64,000 nt of DNA, from assembly GCA_951406725.2 (NCBI GenBank), contig OX597822.1, positions 102,486,001 to 102,550,000 on the forward strand, in the 5' to 3' direction. Under the pieces are notes generated by a model. That model was not told the origin of the DNA, ran no database searches, and worked only from the letters and a program-made list of their open reading frames with translations. A program made the translations under genes and the position numbers. The stretch is from Octopus vulgaris (Eukaryota). This document shows positions 12,440-25,410 of this stretch, piece by piece (the first letter of the stretch is position 1; each line of letters opens with the position of its first letter).

Positions 12440-13815
12440 GTTATAAAAGGTTCCACAAAGACCTTGGAGGGAGCGGGCTGGTACATTTTAACTGTTTTTT
12501 TAAGATTGATTGTTAGACCCAATGCTGCACATGCTACAGAAATCGCATTCACCATGTGCTGCATATCTTTGTGCCAACAGGTCACAATCATCTGCATACA
12601 GAAACTCAACAAGGTGAGAATGCAGACACATATACATATATATGCAGCACATGGTGAATGCGATTTCTGCAGCATGTGCAGCATTGGGTCTAACAATCAA
12701 TCTTAAAAAGACAGTTAAAATGTACCAGCCCGCTCCCTCCAAGGTCTTTGTGGAACCTTTTATAACTGTGAATGGTCAAAGGTTGGAGACTGTACCTAGA
12801 TTTATTTATTCGGGAAATACCATCAGCACTGCTGGTCTTGATGAAACTTCATACAGAATCAGCGGGGCTAGTAGTGCTTTTGGTAGGTTTGATAGGTGTC
12901 TATGAAACAACATAATATATCTTCACAAATTAAAGTTAAGGTATATAACGCATGCGTCCTCCCATCTTTGCTATATGGGAGTGAGGCGTGGATTGTTTAC
13001 CGTAGGCAGGTAAGGCAATTGGAACGATTCATCAGTACTGTCTGAGAAAAATTTTGGGGATAAACTGGCCATTAGTAATGTGTAGGTGCTTGAGAGGAGT
13101 GGCAGTAGAAGTATAGAGTCAATGATTTTGCAAAGACGTTTGAGGTGGAGGGAACATTTGGTAAGGATGAGGGATGAGCGACTGCCCAAGCAGCTATTGT
13201 ATGGTGAGCTGGAACATGGCAGGAGACCAGCGCATAAGCCTAAACTAAGGTTTAAGGATTGCTTTAAAATGCTCTAATACAGATAGGAACTGTAGCTGGT
13301 AATTGGGAGAGGGAGGCACAAGATCGTGATGGATGGAGGAAGATAGTGCATGATGGTTGTTCAAGGTTTGAGAGGGAGAGAGTGAAGTATGAGAGAATTA
13401 GGAGGGGGCTTAGAAGGGGAGAACCTGTAGAAAGTGAGAGAGTGTTGCTTTTTATGTGTGTGGTTTGTGGGCAGAGGTGTTTGAGTCGTGCAGGCCTGGT
13501 GAGCCATCAAACTTCCAATAGAAATCGACACATGATTAACAATGATGTGGTTATTAAAATTCATAACAGAACATGTGTGTAAAATGTGGAAGAGTGTGCT
13601 TCTCAGCTGGAGGTCTAAACAGACATGTTAAGAGAGTGCATATGGTGGCCCCTGTTTCTCCTGCCAGCCAGCACAGTTGTCTAGTATGTAATAAAATGTG
13701 TAAAAGCTTGGCCGGGCTTAAAAGTCATATAAGGGCATCACATGGCAACAATCTTGAATCATTTCAGTAAGTCTTCTTGGCAATGGCTCTTCTCGCGTAA
13801 CGAGGAGGAGCTGTG
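12440..13815 (+). mobile_element. RTE-clade LINE, 5'-truncated with a 5' inversion; C-terminal C2H2 zinc fingers
   Basis: FLYADDCDL in the inverted part; GLTINLKKT, RRLRWREHLVRM..ERLPKQLLYGEL..GRR; three CxxC...H motifs at ~13455-13745; terminal hairpin followed by (TA)n. Confidence 0.9.
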
Positions 13816-13826
13816 ATATATATATA

Positions 13827-14055
13827 TGTTACACATTCATATCTATGTGTATACGTAGGCATACGTGTGTAGAATACATCCCCACTTTTGGCACTATTTT
13901 GTTAGTAACAGTACGAACTGTGTCTAAAGCATATATGTATCACTACGCTGAATGTTGACAGTTCGTGTAACATGAAAAGTAAATAAACACGTAAAACAAT
14001 AACAATGGCTTTCATTTGAGTTGTCTATCCCATTAGAACGAAACTACACATAACA
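13827..14055 (+). repeat. 5' LTR (229 bp)
   Basis: TGTTA...TAACA; two mismatches to the 3' LTR by eye. Confidence 0.97.
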
Positions 14056-14068
14056 TGGTGGCAGCGGT
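14056..14068 (+). promoter_or_regulatory. Primer-binding site, tRNA-Leu-like
   Basis: TGGTGGCAGCGGT directly after the 5' LTR, complementary to the ...ACCGCUGCCACCA 3' end typical of tRNA-Leu(AAG/UAG). Confidence 0.8.
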
Positions 14069-14182
14069 AAATAATTAATCGGAAACTGTGCCTTTACAAC
14101 AAAACAGAAACATAACGAACCAGAAATTTAACAAACAAAACATCGCTTCGTCTTCGGACACACACATACACGAGGATCCAAA

Positions 14183-15085
14183 ATGGCGACCCCCGTCGCC
14201 GTACAGATGAATCTACATCCGATCATGAACTGGGACTCCGATGATATCGTGGAAGCGTTCAAGAAATTCAAACAGAAAACTCAACTAGTTTTCAAAAGTT
14301 TCCTGAAAGGCACAACAGAAGATGAAAAGGTAAGCTACATCCTTTTATGGACGGGCGAGTAGGGTCTAGACCTATTCAATAGCTGGGACATGTCAGAATC
14401 GGAATGCAATAACCCAGACACACTTTTAGGGAAATTTGAAAGGTACCTAGAGCCCAGATCGAACCATAGAATTCACAGATACGAATTCCAGGGCCTGAAA
14501 CAAGACACACAAGAAACGATTGACAATTTTCTGTCCAGACTAAAGAATGTTGCCGAAAAATGCAAATTCAAAGATAAGGACGAATGAATTGTTGATCAAT
14601 TAATATGGGGGTGTGCTCATAAAGAAGTTCAGAAATCCCTCATAGGTAAGGACGCTCTCCAGTTGATAGAAGCAGTAGACACTGCAAGAGCATTCGAAGC
14701 CACTACCAAACAAATGGCCTCACTTACCTTACAAACAAGCTCACTAGGCAGCAGTGTAGATATTGTATCTAGGCACAGGACGAAACATACCCGCAAACAA
14801 AGAACATGCCAGTACTGTGGTACAGAGCATGAGTTCGACAACCGGAAGAAATGTCCTGCATTCGGTACACACTGCAAAGCATGTGGAAAACCCAACCACT
14901 GGGAAAAAATGTGTAGGCTAATAAAATCCCAGAAAAACAAGCCCCAATTTTCAAAGAGGAGCGGAAATAGAAGAAGAGGTATACATGCCCAACAACAAGA
15001 ACAAAACACCTCAGAGGAGGAATTCTTGGCAGTCGGCACAATAAATGTGCATGAGATGGGAAATGACGACCAGAAAAAAAAATGA
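14183..15085 (+). pseudogene. Gypsy gag with two CCHC knuckles; two in-frame stops
   Basis: ATG at 14183; TAG at 14360 and TGA at 14585; CQYCGTEH...C and CKACGKPNHWEKMC. Confidence 0.85.
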
Positions 15086-18000
15086 GGCATACACAACGAT
15101 AAGAATACAAAAGAAGTCTGGCAAGAAACGAACAAGCATAGACTTAAGGCTAAAGATTGACACTGGAGCCCCGAGTGATATCTTGCCTGTCAACCTCTAC
15201 AAAAAGATGTTCCCAGAACACATAACACAAGAGGATAAAGTCAAAGAAGGAATCCTCACACCAAGTGATGTAATCCTCACTGCGTACGGAGGTACTAGGA
15301 TTCTACAACTGGGTAAAACAACAATCACAGGGACACACAAAGGAAAAACAATCAAGTGTTCTTTTTATGTCACAAGAACAGAAGGACCAGCAATTCTTGG
15401 ACTCAATACCTGCAAAAAGCTAAATATTGTGTCAATCAATGGAGAAGTGAAGGTAGCTCCGAGCAGGATTGACAGAGATATGCCTATCAAAGACCGACCA
15501 CAAACAAAGAAGAACTGATAAGCATGTACCCTGAATGCTTTGACGATACAGTCGGGTGCTTTGTGAAATGTCGATACCATATAACAGTCGACCCCAATAT
15601 CAAACCAATTGTTCACCCACCTCGCCGCGTCCCTCTAGAACTAAAAGAGAAGCTGAAGACAGAGTTGGACAGAATGGAAAAAAAAGAAATAATCACCAAA
15701 GTGACACGACCAACAGACTGGGTGAATTCAATTGTAATCAAGGAAAAACCCAATGGTACCCTACGGATATGCCTCGACCCAAGGGACCTGAACAAGGCAT
15801 TAAAAAGAGAGTACCATCCAATCCCAACCCTTGAAGAAATCACACCATCATTGGCTGGATCCAAATTATTCAGCAAACTGGATGCCAGTAATGGGTACTG
15901 GAATGTAAAGATAGACAAAGAGTCATCCATGCTCACTACCTTCAACACACCATTTGGCAAATATCGATTCAACCATCTCCTATTTGGATTGAAGGTGAGC
16001 CAAGATGTTTTCCAGCGCCAAATAGATGAGACCTACCATGGCTGCAAGGGAGCAATTGGGATAGCAGATGCCATCCAAGTGCAAGGCAAGGACGAAACCA
16101 CACATGACTTCAATTTACATGCAGCTATGGAGAAAACCCGACAAGCAGGCATCAAACTCAATGCAGACAAGTGTGTGACAAAAGCAAAGGAGTGCAAATT
16201 CTTTGGAATTATATACTCTGCAGAGGGAGTTAAACCAGACCCCGCTAAAGCGGAAGCCATCAGGGACATTAAAGAACTCAAAGACAAGAAGGAACTCAGG
16301 AGCTTCCTGGGGCTCATTCACTACATGGGAGCCTTCATACCCAAGCTGGCCGATCACACTGCAAATCTCCGAGAGCTAAACAAAGATGACATAGAATTTG
16401 ATTGGTGTGCTTCACACACACAGGATTTCAAAACAATCAAAAAGCTCATCAGTAAGGAGACAACTCTGCAATACTATGACAGACACAAACCAGTAACACT
16501 CCAAGTCGATGCTTCTATGAGAGGAGTTGGCGCAGCACTGATACAGGAAGGTAAACCCATTGCATATGCCTCGAAAGCTCTCTCACCCACAGAGACAAGG
16601 TACGCAAATATTGAAAGGGAACTCCTGGCAGTAGTATATGGATGTGAAAAGTTCCATACATACCTGTATGGCAGACATTTCAATATTGAAACAGACCATC
16701 GCCCACTAGAACAAATACATAGAAAAAAACTGACAAAAGCACCAGCCAGACTGCAAAGATTACTGTTAAGGCTTCAAACATACGACTATGATATTAGGTA
16801 CAAGCCAGGAAAAGACCTGATATTGGCGGATGCTCTTTCCAGACTATCCTCACATGATAAACAGGAGATGGAAGGACTAAGCATAAAGGTCCACCACATT
16901 ATAAATGTAACGACTACAAAGCTAGCAGAAATCAAAGAAGAAACCAGCAATGATGAAGAACTCCAACTCCTTATTCAGATGGTGATTCAGGGGTGGCCAG
17001 AGAAGAGACATCAGGTGCAGCCCCTCATTCGTGAATATTGGGCCATCCATGATGATATATCGGTGGAGAATGGAATCCTGATGGCTGGATCCCGAATAAT
17101 TATACCCAAGTCAATGCAAAAAGAGATTCTTGACAAGATCCACCAAGGGCATCTAGGAATGGAGAAATGCAAGCTCCGAGCCAAGTCAGCAGTGTATTGG
17201 GTAGGCATGTACAAAGACAAAAGAAAAGACAGTTTCTACATGCCACATCTGTCAAAAGTACAGAAACTCACAACAAAAGGAGGAAATGATATCTACTGAC
17301 ATCCCAAGAAGGCCATGGCAAACTATTGGAGTAGATCTGTTCACAGAGAGCCAAGAATGGTATTTGATAATGACCTGCTACTACTCCAAATTTCCATTTG
17401 TGAGAAAAGTGAAAGACCTGAGAGCCAAAACAATCGCTACAGTGGCTCGAGGACTTCTAGCAGAGCAAGGAATACCAGAGCAGATCATATGTGACAATGG
17501 AACCCAGTTCACATCGCAAGAATTCAAAAAGCTAGCCGATGAATATGGGTTCAATATTACCACCTCATCTCCACACTACCCCAAAGGCCATGGGTTTATA
17601 GAAAGACAGGTGCAGACAGTGAAGAGAACACTAATCAAATGCCGAGAGACTAAGGAAGACTCACGCCTGGCACTTCTGTCCCTGCGAGCAACACCACTGA
17701 GGGCTGACATGAAATCCCCAGCAGAAATGCTGAATGGCAGGAAGTACAAAACTACCCTGACCAGGAAGAGACAAGGGCAAAGCTAGCAGCCAATCAAGAA
17801 CAATCACAGAAATATTACAACAAACATGCACAATACTTACCTGAGATACTTGGAGGACAGCATGTGCATACTCAAGATCCCACGACTAAAACATGGATCC
17901 CAGCACAGGTTGTCAGTAGAGCTGAAACTCCAAGATCATATGTAATAGAAACGGAACCTGGTAGGCAGCTGAGACGCAACAGGGTCCACATCCGCCCAAC

Positions 18001-18184
18001 ACCAAAGCTGTCGAGGACAACGTGTACAACACCTGCTGCATCAGTGACAACACCCACAGAATCATCACCCCAACGGGCACCAACCACCCATCAGCCGCCC
18101 AACAACACACCTCAGACACCGGTGCGAAGCACGAGAGCCACCAGATGGAGAAAGAACATTCTGCCACCGGTTCGATACCGTTAA
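15082..18184 (+). pseudogene. Gypsy pol (protease, RT, RNase H, integrase), frameshifted
   Basis: LKIDTGA protease; LRICLDPRDLN, KLDASNGYW and IADA (catalytic D lost); VDAS...YANIERELLAV; H..H zinc-binding region; GVDLF, CDNGTQF and FIERQV DDE core. Confidence 0.93.
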
Positions 18185-18359
18185 AGAAAAAAAAAAGAAA
18201 CTGAAAAGATAAGTAACTAATTCAGCTAGATTACAAAGCAGAGGCAGAATAATCTCACGATTTCTGCTGCAGGATTACCACCTCGCGCTAACAATCCATT
18301 AGAGTAAGGGAGACTATTTATATTTGTCTTCACTGCCAAAAGACCCCTTTATTTTTTTC

Positions 18360-18371
18360 AAGAAGAAGGGA
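18360..18371 (+). promoter_or_regulatory. Polypurine tract
   Basis: AAGAAGAAGGGA immediately before the 3' LTR. Confidence 0.85.
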
Positions 18372-18600
18372 TGTTACACATTCATATCTATGTGTATACG
18401 TAGGCATACGTGTGTAGAATACATCACCACTTTTGGCACTATTTTGTTAGTAACAGTACGAACTGTGTCTAAAGCATATATGTATCACTACGCTGAATGT
18501 TGACAGTTCGTGTAACATGAAAAGTAAATAAACACGTAAAACAATAACAATGGCATTCATTTGAGTTGTCTATCCCATTAGAACGAAACTACACATAACA
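18372..18600 (+). repeat. 3' LTR (229 bp)
   Basis: Near-identical direct repeat of 13827-14055. Confidence 0.97.
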
Positions 18601-18631
<31 letters not shown>

Positions 18632-19353
18632 TGTAGTGGGTCTTGCATGCATGAAGCGGATTCGATCCACCATAGCCAAATTTAAACTAATACTGCAACA
18701 GAATTTTTCCCACGGTGAAACAATGGTTTTTCTCTGACAGCAGTATTTACATTTTCCAGATGCCTTTAGCTAGGCCGAAATAATATCTTCACCACTTGAC
18801 CCTTTATAACCTCTTCTACTTCACCAAAAGCTGGAATAGAGATAACAAAACCACCATCTAAATCTATTGTTCTCAATGATATATCTATCCTTCTGGATAG
18901 TTATATAAGCAAGCACATCCCAAGCAAAAATCAGTTCGTCACAGTCGTGACGACTCAACGGAGTTAGTCACAGTCGGTGACGACTCAGCGAAGTCTAGCT
19001 GACCAGCTAGAACCTTGGTCAGAGGGAGAAAGCAACTGTGAGACAACACCATACAATTCTCTTTAGCTCTAATTCTGTTCTCTTACAACATCATTCTATC
19101 TGTCTCAGCAATTACTACTAAACAATGAAGCGGTCACAAACACAAACTTTACTTCGCATGCTTTTGGATCGATCATAACCTGCTCGTCGAGGCATGGTAT
19201 TTGTAACATAACGGTAAATAAGTACTTCCTTAAAACTTCATGTATTGTCTATCGTTCACATACTACAGTAAACAAATATAATAACAAATTTTTATCGCCA
19301 CATCTGCTGACTTCGACAATTCATAATAATGTTTACTAATCAAATTCTATAGT

Positions 19354-19357
<4 letters not shown>
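18632..19357. mobile_element. Possible solo LTR inserted in (TA)n
   Basis: Unique ~726-bp block starting TGTA and ending TACA, flanked by TA repeats on both sides. Confidence 0.45.
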
Positions 19358-19439
<82 letters not shown>

Positions 19440-19539
19440 TTAATCCAAACATGGAAACACCAAGAGAAAACACAACAACGCGAGGACGTGGAACAAATAT
19501 AGAATTATTGGACGCTCAGGAAGGAAGGGAAGAAGGAGG

Positions 19540-19574
19540 GTTTTACGTTTCGAGCGAAGCTCTTCGTCAGAAAC
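19540..19574 (-). ncRNA. Minimal type I hammerhead ribozyme (family H2)
   Basis: Minus strand: gttt-CTGACGA-A-gagc-ttc-gctc-GAAACGTA-aaac; palindromic ACGT in place of helix III. Confidence 0.75.
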
Positions 19575-19612
19575 ATAGGAAAAGGAAAGATCCAGAGAAG
19601 GGAAGACGGAGG

Positions 19613-19660
<48 letters not shown>

Positions 19661-19661
19661 T

Positions 19662-19728
<67 letters not shown>

Positions 19729-20065
19729 CTAGGCTCTCGGGCATCCGATTGCGCTCAAATTCGATATGTAGATACCGACGGTATCAGGGCGTGTATAAGT
19801 CTTGAGAAAATTACAAAAATCGATTCCAGGAGAGAATGCAATCGATAAAGCCGTGGGAACGTGATTTGTACGCGCAAGTACATCAGCTGTTGCCATCGAT
19901 ACTATGCGTACGCGAGAAAAATGCACGTGCAGTTTGCGCAAAAAAACCTGGCTGGCTTGAAATAATGCCACAAATAATGGGACGGTCGGACAAGTTGTTT
20001 TCAGAAAACTTGGTTTAAATGTTTGACAACTCAGCACCGTCCATTGGACGGGAGGCGTTTTGCTC

Positions 20066-20066
20066 G

Positions 20067-20151
<85 letters not shown>

Positions 20152-20155
20152 ATGC

Positions 20156-20199
<44 letters not shown>

Positions 20200-20692
20200 G
20201 TATGTATGTATGTATGCACATATATATGTATATATATATATGTGTGTGTATATATATATATATGCATATATATATATATATATATGCATATGTATGTAGG
20301 TAAATGGATATAAATGTAAACTGATAGGTACATAGGTAATACGAATAGGCAAACACACACACACGCACACTTCACACAAGGACACATATGGAGGCATACA
20401 CCCATACATAACAGGTGCACGTAGTCACAAAAAAAGTCATACACAAACACAGTCAGACATACACGCACAAGAGGACAGAGGTACACACATAAATACGCAC
20501 ACACACACACATACAGACAAACACTAACACAAAAACTCATGAATATGCAGAATACATACATACAAATGTACACATATGCATACATACACACACACACACA
20601 CACTCATACAAATGCATGCATACATACATATATACATACATACATACATACATACATACATACATACATACATACATACATACATACATACA

Positions 20693-20726
<34 letters not shown>

Positions 20727-21180
20727 CATACATACATACATGCATACATACATACATACATACATACATACATGCATACATACATACATACATGCATACA
20801 TACATACATACATGCATACATACATACATATATACATACTTACATACATGCATACATACATACATACATACATACATGCATACATACATATATACATACT
20901 TACATACATACATACATATATACATACTTACATACATGCATACATACATACATGCATACATACATATATACATACATGCATACATACATATATACATACA
21001 TGCATACATACATGCATGCATAACATGCATACATACATATATACATACATACATACATACATACATACATACATACATACATACATGCGTACATACATAC
21101 ATACATGCATAACATACATACATACATACATACATACATACATACATACACACATATGTGTATGCACACACACACACTTA
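20066..21180. repeat. Compound (TG)n/(TA)n/(TACA)n microsatellite field
   Basis: Direct inspection; (TACA)n/(TGCA) tract at ~20620-21150. Confidence 0.9.
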
Positions 21181-21356
21181 TCCACACATGCGCACAAACA
21201 GACAAAAAGACCGCAGCTCGGATAATGGACAGAGTCAAGGACTATTGAAAAGGTTAGAAAAAATAAATAAGTAAATGAATGGAAATTGAACCGGTGCGTG
21301 TGTTATGTAATAAGGCACTAAAAGAGAATGACTTTCCCCAGACACAACAGAATATA

Positions 21357-22273
<917 letters not shown>

Positions 22274-22817
22274 CAGAATATATCCGTGTTTGTGTGTATT
22301 GTGTCTGCTTGTTCTCCACCACTGCTTCATGGCTGGTGTTGGTGTGTTTATATTCACGTAACTTAGTGGTTCGGTATAAGAGGCCAAAAAGAAAAGCACC
22401 AGGACCAGGCATCAAAAATAAAGGACTGGTGTCGATTTGGTCGATAAAAATTCTTCATGGCCGTGCCCCCAGCAAGGTCGCAGCGTACCCCCAGCGCGGC
22501 CACAGATTGAGGAAGATAAAAAAAAAAAAACATTAAATTCCTTAAGAAAAGCTTTAAGCTAAGGGAGCTAACTCTTGTAAACCGTTCGCCTATCTCAGTA
22601 ATACTATGGCATTGATACTTATCACAGTCGCTTTATCTGCTAGTATTAAACAATCCAAAGGCTTTTAAACCAGATTTCGATGCTGGATGTTCAAGAACCA
22701 AATGAAAGGCAGGTATTTAATCCCGGGATCATCCTGATTCCGAAATAGTATAATAAGGAGTAATATGGAAAGCAAATGTAGACAGGAGTCCCAGAAAGAC
22801 GGAGTTTTGCGTTTATT

Positions 22818-23025
22818 AGCGAACTGGCAGCGAAATGTTGAGCGGCATTTCGTCTGCCGTTACGTTCCGGGTTCAAATTCCGTCGAGGTCGACTTTGCCT
22901 TTCATCCTTTCGGGGCCGATAAATTAAATACCAGTTACACACTGGAGTCGATGTAATCGACTTAATCCCTTTGTCCTTGTTTGTCCCCTCCATGTTTAGC
23001 CCCTTGTGGGCAATAAAGAAATAAG
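22818..23025 (+). mobile_element. tRNA-derived CORE-like SINE (family A)
   Basis: gttcaaattcc B box and gtcgactttgcctttcatcctttcgggg core; more than 15 copies in the window. Confidence 0.85.
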
Positions 23026-23492
23026 AATTTTGCGTTTATTGATATACTAGCCTAAAAACCGCATTCTGTGTGGACTTCTGCGTTAGTTCTTGCGGAAGGC
23101 TAAAAGGACCTGCGGCCCAAAACTAAAGAAAGCTAAATAGTATAACTATATGTCTTTATTGTTGCATTTCGGAATGGTCATTTTGCCAGTTTAGCCAATA
23201 AAAACACACGCACTATATATTAGGTGTTACTTTGCTTCAGCGTTATTTATTTTTTACATTAATCTTTATCTTATTTCGGCCATAGTTCTTTCGTCACACT
23301 CTTGTGACCTTATCAGTGGTCCTTTGCTTTCTTCTTTCTTATTTGTGTAATAATACAATATGTCTATAATGACTAAATGCCCTGGTGGTGTTTAATCAGA
23401 GGTTGAGGACAGATGAGAATTAATTCTGTAATGCAATTATCCTATTGATCCAGTTCCAAGTTGAATTTCAGCTGTTGGTCAATTTGTCCCAA

Positions 23493-23946
23493 AGTTCTTA
23501 TCTCGACGTAAAATCAACGAAGCGAATATCTCCCCCACTTGATCTCCGATGTCATCTGATGAACGCCAACTAAGATGGTGGGAATCAGCGAAGCTTTACC
23601 TGCTAGAAATAGCAACCCAGATGCTTTTAAACCAGATCCCAATGCTGGATGTTCAAGAACCAAACGAAGGGCAGATTTTCAGTCCCAGAATCGTCCTGAT
23701 TCCATAGAGATATGATATGTCTATGTAGAGTAAATGTAGACTGAGATATACAAGGGTCCCAGACGGACAGACAGAATTTCATTTTAATTAATATATCATC
23801 ATCATCATTTAAAAGCATCTGGGTTGCTATTTCTAGCAGGTAAAGCTTCGCTGATTCCCACCATCTTAGTTTGCGTTCATCAGATGACATAGGAGATCAA
23901 GGGGGGTAGATATTCGCTTCGTTGATTTTTACGTCGAGATAAGAAC
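23493..23946. repeat. ~135-bp inverted repeat (23493-23628 / 23808-23946)
   Basis: Arms are near-identical reverse complements. Confidence 0.85.
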
Positions 23947-23976
23947 TAGGTCTGCCTAGGAGGTTACTGTATCCTA

Positions 23977-24239
23977 GGAGGCGCAATGGCCCAGTGGTTA
24001 GGGCAGCGGACTCGCGGTCGTAGGATCACGGTTTCAATTCCCAGACTGGGCATTGTGAGTGTTTATTGAGCGAAAACACCTAAAGCGATCCCTGCTGTAC
24101 TCTTTCGCCACAACTTTCTCTCACTCTTTCTTCTGTTGGCCTGCTCGCTTAGCCATTTGAAGGCTAAAACAATGCGAAGCGCATTGTGACCAGCGATGTG
24201 TAGCAACATCTGATAGCCTGGTCGGTTACGGTGATCACG

Positions 24240-24243
<4 letters not shown>
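23977..24243 (+). mobile_element. tRNA-derived SINE (family D)
   Basis: ggaggcgcaatggcccagtggttagggcagcggactcgc; homologues at 26667-26970, 39238-39535 and 45392-45772 (-). Confidence 0.85.
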
Positions 24244-24331
<88 letters not shown>

Positions 24332-24658
24332 CGCACACACACACACAACACAACGCAACACACATATCAGTTGGTCTGGTTTTCACGTTTTTTTTAATTA
24401 TGGTATTTCAACATTAAAAAGAAATATTTTGTAATGCTCATAAAAGTTAAATTAGCGCTTCATACGTAGTGTAATCGTCAGATTTCAAATGAGTTTTAAC
24501 TGACAGTTGATTCTTGACAACTTTAGTACCTCTCAGAATGTTCCAACGAGATGAATTTTTAGAATACCTTTTTGACCAATTCGCATGCAGCTTAAACATC
24601 ACTTCTTGTGATAGGGGACACTTTTACGTCGTCCCGCTCCCTTTTAAGCATTTCTTTG

Positions 24659-25022
24659 GAATCTTTTCGGTTTGAACGGCAGTTTGTAACATAATTTTCC
24701 AGGTAACTAAAAAATTAGTTAGGGGAGGGGGAAGGGTATCTTTTTTTTCTTCACAAATGTAAATAAACCCAATCTGTTTCTTAAAGGAGAGACATATTCA
24801 TACGGCACAGAATGTTTTCACATCAATAGACGGTCAGTGAATGGTTAAAATTGCCGAAATGCAAGAAATTAAAGACGAAATATGTTACAAACTATAGAAT
24901 TTTCTCAATAAAGCCAAGAGAAAATGATGTTTTATAAACACATTCTACCAGTATACGAAGTTAAAAATTTTTTAGTTACCTAGAAATTATGTTACAAACT
25001 GCCGTTCAAACCGAAAAGATCC
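24659..25022. mobile_element. GGATCTT-terminus MITE with 8-bp TSD
   Basis: TIR (g)atcttttcggtttgaacggcagtttgtaacataattt; TSD TTTCTTTG on both sides. Confidence 0.85.
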
Positions 25023-25410
25023 TTTCTTTGAATCTACTCAGCTCCTCCAGACACACGTCTTCGCTTTTCTGTTTCACCGCCTCTGCATAATTCTTCTCCT
25101 CCATTACTTCGTCTATTCTCTTCAGACTTTTAACCAGCTCTTCCTCAGAAAACGTAAAATCTGAAGAAGAAGAACTCCAACCTTCAAATTCCATCACGAA
25201 GACACGAACCTACGACGTTGCCCCATCAATCAAGAGGGAAGACGTCGAACAATACCGCCGCAACACGGCAAAACACACGTGTTCCACAAAAAGACAGCAG
25301 TTCAACAGCAATCAACAAAACAACAACCAAAATGCTCTTATTTCTTTATTTGGCACCGCGGCCACAACACCACAATGGGAACATAAAACATAAAACGAAT
25401 GAGAATGAAA

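Larger units (their letters stand above)
13827..18600 (+). mobile_element. Full-length Ty3/Gypsy LTR retrotransposon (Mag-like), defective
   Basis: 229-bp TG...CA LTRs, PBS, PPT and gag-PR-RT-RH-IN order; inserted in (TA)n with ATATA on both flanks. Confidence 0.97.

Noticed and set aside
20015-21238. Many overlapping HTYI/MYVC ORFs (also 6768-7126, 36020-37182, 48951-49707)
   Set aside because: Microsatellite artefacts open in several frames on both strands.
23553-23598. CTGATGA motif in the inverted-repeat arm
   Set aside because: No correctly placed GAAA with flanking stems.
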